Shown here in pieces: positions 57,452-64,000 of a DNA stretch of 64,000 nucleotides. The notes beneath the pieces were generated by a model. That model was not told the DNA's origin and made no database searches. It saw only the letters and a list, made by a program, of their open reading frames with translations. Origin of the DNA: Parcubacteria group bacterium Greene0416_36 (GTDB lineage Bacteria > Patescibacteriota > Patescibacteriia > VMEV01). Both the position numbers and the translations under genes were made by a program. Every line of letters begins with the position of its first letter. Within the stretch, counting starts at the first letter, position 1. The stretch covers positions 15,503-79,502 of the forward strand of contig VMEV01000001.1 of assembly GCA_007375725.1 (NCBI GenBank), in the 5' to 3' direction.

Positions 57452-58994
57452 TCGGCAAATTGGCCGGCGGCTCGGCTTTTTTCGCTTCGTCTTCGGCGGG
57501 CTCGAGCAATTCTGGAACTTCGGAATCCAGCGAAAAATAATCTTCCATCTCGCGAATCTGGGTTTCGTCCGAAGCTATTTTGCTGGCGGCAGCAGACTTC
57601 CTCTCCGCTTCGGTAGGCTTGATCATCATCCCTGGAATGATTTCTTCTCCCACATGTATCGGGAGCCCGAGTGGAGGCTCAGATTTCTTGGTCACTGTGC
57701 GTTTAAGGAGAGGCGCTTTGACGGAAATATCTGGGAAATGAAAAATCGTAGCCAGCTCCTCGGTATTGAGGATAAAAGGAGTGCTGCCCGTAGACCAGGA
57801 ACGGGCGCGATAGGCCTTCATGAATTTTCTCTGGCGGGCTGCCACTCTCGTTTTTTTGAAAAAATACTGCACCTTGGTAGCCACGCGCTTATCAGGCTTA
57901 AAAGCATTCAAATTGAGAGTATTATACTGCCGAATAGCTCCCAAGACCGCGGCAACCCCTCGGATTTTGGAAAAAACTTCGCGGCGCGCGATATAGAGGA
58001 TCCGAAGTTTGACATCAAAACCAATTTTCGTCATCTTTTTTTCCATCTGCTTCAATTGTTCTTTGCCTCCGGGAGTCAACTCGGAAATTTTCATCCCATC
58101 CACCGACTTGGCGGCATGAGCATCCTCTTCTGCGGCAAAGCTGATATCGAAAATAGAAAGAATCCCCTCTAGAATAAAAACAATAACATTAAAAGGAGCC
58201 ATGATGACCTGAAAAAGAAATCCAGAATGGGCATGGGGAGTTTTTTTGAGAAAAACATCGATTTCTTCCTTACACTTTTCCTTCCAATCATCACCAGGGT
58301 GCGGAGTGACTAGGAGTTGAATCCAAATCTGCTCGCCAATCTGAAGACGGCTCATGCTCTCAAGGAGGGATGCCATCGGATCTTTGAGTGCCTGCGAAAG
58401 CGCGTGCTCGAACTCCTCATAAGTACGGATCGGGTATACGGCATGCTTGGCTGTGATCAGCTCGGTGCCAAACATCTCATACTCGCTGTCGGGAAAAGTA
58501 ACGGGAGCGGCCTTGGTATAATCTTCCACTTCCGTGATTTCAAGGGTCGGGTATTGAGCATAAAATACGGACTCCACCAGATCTTTGATCTTCTCATTGC
58601 AGTGAATCAAAAATTGAACATAACCGTCGATGCTGACGATTTCAAAACTGATTTTTTCTTGGACTTCCCCCTTCCAATATTTTTCCACGAAATTGTTCGG
58701 ACTGGCCAGCGCGGAGAGGGTGGAGAAAATATTCTCAACCGCTTTTGGCGACTGCTCATTGTCTCGGGGAACGTCAATGGCAAGGACGACGAAATGACGA
58801 TGCTCGCAATACTGTTCTTCCACGTGATAAAGCCACAGTTCTTTGAGAAGATAAAAGCAAGGAAAAAAGTAAACTAGCCATCCTCCAGAACGGAATATTT
58901 CAATAAACAAAGCAGGGAAAGATAAATTTCCCCACAAAGTTATGAGATTATCGACAATCTCAAACAAAGAAAAATCTAAAAAAGTTTCCCACAT
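57444..58994 (-). CDS. Hypothetical 516-aa membrane-associated protein, overlapping and upstream of the T4CP-like ATPase
   Basis: 8-nt overlap with the downstream ATPase gene (operon); hydrophobic segments near the N-terminus and the middle; no known motif. Confidence 0.4.
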   Translation of the reverse strand: MWETFLDFSLFEIVDNLITLWGNLSFPALFIEIFRSGGWLVYFFPCFYLLKELWLYHVEEQYCEHRHFVVLAIDVPRDNEQSPKAVENIFSTLSALASPNNFVEKYWKGEVQEKISFEIVSIDGYVQFLIHCNEKIKDLVESVFYAQYPTLEITEVEDYTKAAPVTFPDSEYEMFGTELITAKHAVYPIRTYEEFEHALSQALKDPMASLLESMSRLQIGEQIWIQLLVTPHPGDDWKEKCKEEIDVFLKKTPHAHSGFLFQVIMAPFNVIVFILEGILSIFDISFAAEEDAHAAKSVDGMKISELTPGGKEQLKQMEKKMTKIGFDVKLRILYIARREVFSKIRGVAAVLGAIRQYNTLNLNAFKPDKRVATKVQYFFKKTRVAARQRKFMKAYRARSWSTGSTPFILNTEELATIFHFPDISVKAPLLKRTVTKKSEPPLGLPIHVGEEIIPGMMIKPTEAERKSAAASKIASDETQIREMEDYFSLDSEVPELLEPAEDEAKKAEPPANLPIA

Positions 58995-59069
58995 AAATGG
59001 CGAATATCCTCCAAAACTATTATAAAGGAAAAGAGAAATCCTGTCTTCTGCTAAGTGGGCCTGATTATT

Positions 59070-60143
59070 TTATTTTTTGGCCAAAGAATAGCGCTTATCG
59101 TTCAGTTTAGCGAAGCGATCTTTATTCATGAGGGCAAGGTGAATGGTGCTTTTTCCAACCAGACGCTGCTCGAGAACACGATCCACTATCTCCTCGCGGC
59201 TCATAGCACCGGATTCGCTAAGAATCTCGCAGATCACATCAGAGACAACACCGGGTTTGTAGCCCCATTCGCGGAGAGCATAAATGCCTCGGCCTACCAA
59301 TACGTATTTATCATCCAGAATCAATTCGTTGTGGATGGTGGCCGGATAAGCGACTTTGTGATCGAATTTGATTTCATTGATGCGCTTGGCGATTTCTCCG
59401 AAGTGGAGAGGCTTCTGTATCTGGCGGAGCACGAGATAAATCTTATCGTTCATGCGTTTCGGCCGAATCGTGCTCCAGTCGGAAAGCCCCCAATGTCCGA
59501 AAATATTGGCTCCGATATTGCGAGCCAATCTCAAATGAGACCGAAATACACTCCGATCGCGAAGCAAATCATCTTCCTCCGATGTTTTGTGGTATTCGGT
59601 AAAAAGCACATCTTCTTCCAAAGTATCTTTCTTAGATTTGATAATCTCTTCCATCTTCTCCAGCCGGCATAAAATATCATCCGTCTGGCATTCCTTAAGC
59701 TTCCAAGAATTACGAATCTGGTCATGCTTGGAGAGAGACTCCACATCAGAATCTAACAATTTCTCCAACGTGAAGGTGAAGAAGCCATGATTATCGCTGT
59801 CCAGCATCTCTCCCAAATGAGAAAGCAAATGTCCGGACTCCATCATCCCTCCATGAGCACGAACCAAGGATACGATGATTTCTCGAAAGGCATCAACAGC
59901 TCCTTTGAAATCATTTGTCTGCTTGATCTTTTTGATCGAGACACTCTCTATCTGGCGGACGCGCTCACGGGTAACGCCAAAATCCTGGCCGATTTCTTCC
60001 AAAGTATGTTCAGTCTCCTGGCTGATGCCATATCGGCGAGACAGCACTTCTCTTTCCCGTTCCGTTAAGGACGAGAAAACAGATTCCACCACTCTATTGA
60101 TATCTAATTTGGATACTTGATTGTCTTTATTCTCTCTTGGCAT
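59070..60143 (-). CDS. Protein with an N-terminal sigma-70 region-4 HTH and a C-terminal HARE-HTH-like domain
   Basis: LTEREREVLSRRYGI....TLEEIGQDFGVTRERVRQIE is sigma region 4.2. C-terminal YVLVGRGIYALREWGY matches the HARE-HTH signature of RNA polymerase delta. Confidence 0.5.
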   Translation of the reverse strand: MPRENKDNQVSKLDINRVVESVFSSLTEREREVLSRRYGISQETEHTLEEIGQDFGVTRERVRQIESVSIKKIKQTNDFKGAVDAFREIIVSLVRAHGGMMESGHLLSHLGEMLDSDNHGFFTFTLEKLLDSDVESLSKHDQIRNSWKLKECQTDDILCRLEKMEEIIKSKKDTLEEDVLFTEYHKTSEEDDLLRDRSVFRSHLRLARNIGANIFGHWGLSDWSTIRPKRMNDKIYLVLRQIQKPLHFGEIAKRINEIKFDHKVAYPATIHNELILDDKYVLVGRGIYALREWGYKPGVVSDVICEILSESGAMSREEIVDRVLEQRLVGKSTIHLALMNKDRFAKLNDKRYSLAKK

Positions 60144-60279
60144 ACGATTTGGAAAAATCTTGCCGCATGAGTCAAATGCGGCATCTCTTAAAATTTAATT
60201 GAGCTTCTAATCTCAATTCAAAAAGTAACAGAAAAGGCATTCATCCGTCAAGTACACTTCGTGTGTAAAAAACAGTATT

Positions 60280-61338
60280 TTAATTCTTCGAATCATGGAG
60301 ATACCAAGTCACCAAGAGGGGGCTTGCCAAGAAAATAGAGGAATAAGTTCCGGCGACAATACCTACAATGAGAGCCAAAACAAAGTCTCGGATGGATTCT
60401 CCTCCCAAGAAATAAACCGAGAGCAAAACCAAAACCGTGGTCAGGGATGTATTGATTGAACGCATCAAAGTTTCATTGACGGAAAAATTCACGAGTTCGG
60501 GGAAGGGCGTTTTCATCTTGGACAAATTTTCTCGGACACGATCAAATACCACAATTTTGTCGTGGATGGAAAAACCTAAGACCGTGAGCATGGCGGCCAC
60601 TATGGTGGTGCTAACTTCCAATCCATAATAATGACCCATGATCACATAAAGCCCTAAAGGCAAAGAAAGATCGTGGAGTAGAGTCACCAAGGAAATCGCG
60701 CCATATTTCCAAGAAGCCACAGGCCATGACGCCTTGCGGAAGGCAAAAGTAATATAACAGCCGATGCCCACAAGCCCCAATAAGATGGCATAAAAGGAGC
60801 GCGTGCGAAGCTCATCGCCGATCACAGGACCAATGGAAGAGAAACGCTTTTCGGAAAGCTGATTTAACTTATATTCTTCGGGGACACCGGAAGAGTCGAG
60901 GGCCACTTGGGAAGAAAAATCCTGCCCATCGATCTCTACCTTGGCTCCGGGAGCTAACTCCACCTTGGCATTGGGATCACCTCCCGAAGGAGTGATGGAA
61001 AATCCTCCGGAACTGGGGAGCGCCGCGGGAGCAAATCCTTCCCGAAGCTGCCGGAGAATTTTTTGATGCGTGTCTTCAGAAATTTCTTTGGTGCGAATAA
61101 TATACCCCTTTTCTCCCGCAGGCTGGATATCAATTTTGCCCAAATTCAGGGACTCCAAGCGAGAGACCAGGCTCACGGAATCCGGACGGGCGGCCGAAAA
61201 TTCCACCTCCATGAGAGCGCCTCCCGTGAAATCAATACCGTAGCGAAGTCCCACCGTGAAAAACAAAACCCAGCAGGCCAGAGAAATCGCCCCAAAAATG
61301 ACATAATAATATTTACGAGTTCCAATGATATTGATCAT
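60280..61338 (-). CDS. secF: Protein translocase subunit SecF
   Basis: GIDFTGGALMEV motif and a C-terminal 6-TM RND-like block. Confidence 0.85.
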   Translation of the reverse strand: MINIIGTRKYYYVIFGAISLACWVLFFTVGLRYGIDFTGGALMEVEFSAARPDSVSLVSRLESLNLGKIDIQPAGEKGYIIRTKEISEDTHQKILRQLREGFAPAALPSSGGFSITPSGGDPNAKVELAPGAKVEIDGQDFSSQVALDSSGVPEEYKLNQLSEKRFSSIGPVIGDELRTRSFYAILLGLVGIGCYITFAFRKASWPVASWKYGAISLVTLLHDLSLPLGLYVIMGHYYGLEVSTTIVAAMLTVLGFSIHDKIVVFDRVRENLSKMKTPFPELVNFSVNETLMRSINTSLTTVLVLLSVYFLGGESIRDFVLALIVGIVAGTYSSIFLASPLLVTWYLHDSKN

Positions 61339-61342
61339 AAAA

Positions 61343-63388
61343 TTATTTGCGACGTGAACCTAAGAATAAAAAGGGACGTTTCTCCACGGCGGAAACAGCT
61401 AAGGAACGGAGAATAAAACGGGTGACCGTAATGGCCGTGAACATGCTCACGAGCACGCCGATCATTAAAGTGATGGCAAATCCTTTGATCAGTCCCGTTC
61501 CCATCCAGATCAAAATCACGCAAGTGAGGATAGAGGAAAAGTTGCTGTCTCGGATCGAAAACCAAGCTCGAGAAAAGGCTATGTCCATAGCGGAACGGAG
61601 TCCTCGGCCAGAGCGAAGTTCTTCTTTAAGCCGCTCGTAGATCAAAATATTGGCGTCTACTGCCATGCCAATGGACAAGACAAAACCGGCGATTCCAGAA
61701 AGGGTCAGTGTCACTCCAACCCATTTGAATACAGCCAAGGTCAAAATAGTATAGACAATCAATGCCAGTGAAGCCACGAGTCCAGCCAGGCGATAGTAAA
61801 GAACCATGAAAACGCAGACAATGATCAATCCTACCATGCCGGCAAATACACTTTTATTGACCGAGTCTTGTCCGAGCGATGCTCCAATAGTCTGCTGGGT
61901 AAGCAAGGTCACGGGCACGGGCAAGGCCCCTGAATTGAGGCGGGAAACCAGCTCCTTGGCCTCGGCAATGGAAAAGTTTCCGCTGATCACGGCGCTGCCG
62001 TCAATGATCGGCTCATTGACGCGAGGCGTGCTGATCGGCGATCCATCCAAGAAAATGGCGATGGATTTGCCGATATTTCGTTTAGTGAGTTCCTTGAACA
62101 AATCGCGGCCTTCCGAATCAAACACAATGCCCACTTGAGGCGCGCCGGTGCGAGTATCAAACTCGAGCGTGGCTTTGGAAAGCTGAGCCCCCGAAAGACC
62201 CGTATTCTTCCAAGGGTCAGCAGGACCCAAAACTTGGTCGCGCGTCTTCTTGGGAATCATGATGCGTCCCAGCTCATATTCCGTCACTTTTTTCTCCGAT
62301 TTTTTGTAAATCAAATGATATCCGAATACAGTTTCAACCACTTCGGAAATCTGGCCATTTTTCATAGAGAATAAAGGACCTTCAAATTCGGGAACCAGCT
62401 TGCCCTTTCTCATGAAGCCGAGATAGCCGGCAGAGTTGGCGGCTCCGGGTTCCGTCGAATTATCCTTGACCAATTGTTCAAAATTGGCGGCGGTGGCCTG
62501 CTTTTTGAGTTCATCAATCTTGGCTTTCGCTTCTTCTTTTGTAAATTCTTTATCGCAACTCTCGGCGCCTTTGTAGCAAATCAAAATATGATTGGATTCC
62601 GCGGCCACGGCATCACGCTTGGAAATAAGTTTCAACACATTATATTCCGTGTCCAGATCCACGACATTGCGAGAAACTTCCCCACTCAACTTAAATTTAC
62701 CTACGGGACCTTGAAATTCCGCGGCTAAATCTTCTAAGGCGAAAAATCCCCATAGACCGCCTTGAGCTTTGGAACTTTCATCCGAACTGTAGACTGGGAC
62801 CAAATCTTCAAATTTCTTGCCTTTATTCAATTCGACAAAAAAATCATCGAGCTTTTTCTTGGCTGCGTCATTAAAATTTTTGAGTTCCTTTTCCTGCCGA
62901 GAAGAGAGAGTGCGGTTTTCCGCCGCTTCCCCTTCTTCCTTGAATTCCAAAAGCGGAGTCTGGCCAATCAAATCAATGGCCTGTTTGACATCCTTGACTC
63001 CGGCCAACTGCACCACCAAACGGTCGGCGCCGCTGACCTGTACCAGAGGTTCGGACACACCCAAAGAATTCACGCGCTTTTCAATAATATCGCGCACTCC
63101 GGACATAGCCTCGGAGCGGCTTTCATCTGGAATCAAAGACAGATCCGCCTGATACATCAAATCCGTTCCGCCCAAGAGGTCCAAGCCTTCTTTGAAGGGG
63201 ACGCTCTTCCACGCGGGAAGAGTAATTCCAGTTCGATCCTTGATCCATCCGGACGTGGCTTCATAGCTTCCGGGATAGACGAAAAAGAAAAGACAAAAAG
63301 AAAGCAAAAAAACAGCCAAGACAATGCGTCGGGCTCGCCCTACTTCCCCTTTGCCCGCAAATATAAAACGAGAAATATTTCCTTGCAC
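61343..63388 (-). CDS. secD: Protein translocase subunit SecD carrying two inserted parvulin (PpiC)-type PPIase-like domains in the periplasmic head
   Basis: SecD TM core (LGIVFDSEGRDLF, C-terminal 6 TM) plus two segments with parvulin signatures (GGLWGFFALEDLAAEFQ...; GYLGFMRKGKLVPEFEGPLFSMKNGQISEVVETVFGYHLIYK). Confidence 0.75.
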   Translation of the reverse strand: MQGNISRFIFAGKGEVGRARRIVLAVFLLSFCLFFFVYPGSYEATSGWIKDRTGITLPAWKSVPFKEGLDLLGGTDLMYQADLSLIPDESRSEAMSGVRDIIEKRVNSLGVSEPLVQVSGADRLVVQLAGVKDVKQAIDLIGQTPLLEFKEEGEAAENRTLSSRQEKELKNFNDAAKKKLDDFFVELNKGKKFEDLVPVYSSDESSKAQGGLWGFFALEDLAAEFQGPVGKFKLSGEVSRNVVDLDTEYNVLKLISKRDAVAAESNHILICYKGAESCDKEFTKEEAKAKIDELKKQATAANFEQLVKDNSTEPGAANSAGYLGFMRKGKLVPEFEGPLFSMKNGQISEVVETVFGYHLIYKKSEKKVTEYELGRIMIPKKTRDQVLGPADPWKNTGLSGAQLSKATLEFDTRTGAPQVGIVFDSEGRDLFKELTKRNIGKSIAIFLDGSPISTPRVNEPIIDGSAVISGNFSIAEAKELVSRLNSGALPVPVTLLTQQTIGASLGQDSVNKSVFAGMVGLIIVCVFMVLYYRLAGLVASLALIVYTILTLAVFKWVGVTLTLSGIAGFVLSIGMAVDANILIYERLKEELRSGRGLRSAMDIAFSRAWFSIRDSNFSSILTCVILIWMGTGLIKGFAITLMIGVLVSMFTAITVTRFILRSLAVSAVEKRPFLFLGSRRK

Positions 63389-63582
63389 AAAGTGAATTTT
63401 AAGAATAAAAAATCGCTATTATTATAACAATTTTGACTTGAACGTCAACCCCGCTTCGCTGCCATCGCTGCGCTCATGGGCGAGCTACGCGGGGCACGCC
63501 CCACTTCTGGGGAGGGGAAAAAAGAAGAGGTTTTAAGGGTTTTTTATGTAGAAATCGTTAAAAATACGCAACTAAATAGAGT

Positions 63583-63999
63583 CTATTTTTTCAATAAATC
63601 ACTTAGATTTTCTTTCTCTGCCACAGCAAAATCATCAAATCCAATTGCTTCAAAATGTTTTTCGGCGCATTTGATTTTTTGCTTTTCAATATCTGAAAGT
63701 TGTCGGTCTAAATTTCTATAACCAAATTTCGTTTCGCGGACTAAATATAATCGCTCTTGCCCGACACTATTAGGGTTTGGATTCCAGACAATTGCCCAAT
63801 CAGGAATATATTCTCCCCAAGGGGTCGACACTTTAAAATTTCGTGGCAATTTTGCGTATACTTTAATGCTCGAACTATTTTCTAGACTTCTGATGAAATT
63901 CAATTCCCCATGGCTATCAAAAGCCGTGTGATCATATACTCCTTTTTTGGCAGACAAAACCTTACTAGAGAATGATTCAAATTCATCAAAAACGCTCAC
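63583..63999 (-). CDS. PD-(D/E)xK nuclease-like protein, partial (N-terminus beyond the window end)
   Basis: YIPDWAIVW ... LYLVRETKFG resembles a PD..(D/E)xK core; the ORF has no start codon within the window. Confidence 0.3.
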   Translation of the reverse strand: MSVFDEFESFSSKVLSAKKGVYDHTAFDSHGELNFIRSLENSSSIKVYAKLPRNFKVSTPWGEYIPDWAIVWNPNPNSVGQERLYLVRETKFGYRNLDRQLSDIEKQKIKCAEKHFEAIGFDDFAVAEKENLSDLLKK

Positions 64000-64000
64000 A

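Overview
The window is a gene-dense bacterial chromosomal segment, almost entirely coded on the minus strand. Its gene content suggests a streamlined, probably Candidate-Phyla-Radiation-like organism; this is inference only.

Recognisable content:
- Two separated blocks of the division/cell-wall cluster. One block is mraZ-rsmH-ftsL-ftsI-murF-like at 45.0-49.8 kb. The other is mraY-pgeF-ftsW-murG-X-murC-murB at 11.8-19.6 kb.
- A heat-shock operon (hrcA, a translin-like gene, grpE, hsp20, dnaK, dnaJ) with a CIRCE operator upstream of hrcA.
- t6A genes: tsaD next to a fused TsaC-TsaE gene.
- tsf-rpsB, gap, frr, holB, a truncated uvrC, secD-secF, and a MacAB-like adaptor/ABC/permease operon on the plus strand.
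- Two tRNAs (Ser and Glu) plus a tRNA 3'-half remnant.

The most striking signals are in the repeats and other non-coding DNA rather than in the genes:
- An 85-97 bp GC-rich palindromic repeat family with at least 7 full and 3 partial copies. One copy sits in-frame inside a glycosyltransferase gene.
- A second GC-rich hairpin family (gtaggggc ... gcccctac). It forms simple intergenic terminator-like hairpins. It also forms double-hairpin versions inserted in-frame into tsaD and uvrC, which resemble Rickettsia palindromic elements.
- An AT-rich inverted-repeat family (aattaagaatgaa).
- A 123-bp perfect GC-rich palindrome.
- Two roughly 280-bp copies of a conserved non-coding element carrying a consensus TTGACA-N17-TATACT promoter inside the murG/murC region.
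- A 1-kb gene-free, highly structured region with tandem units of about 184 bp next to tRNA-Glu.

Candidate novel protein-level systems:
- A plus-strand island at 35.5-38.6 kb with a 510-aa orphan protein.
- A T4CP/TraD-like ATPase with a zinc ribbon and proline-rich tail, in an operon with a 516-aa partner.
- SecD carrying two parvulin-type inserts.
- A sigma-region-4 plus HARE-HTH protein.
- A tandem-LOG fusion.
- A MurF-like protein with a degenerate P-loop.

All functional calls rest on motif recognition by eye; no database searches were possible.
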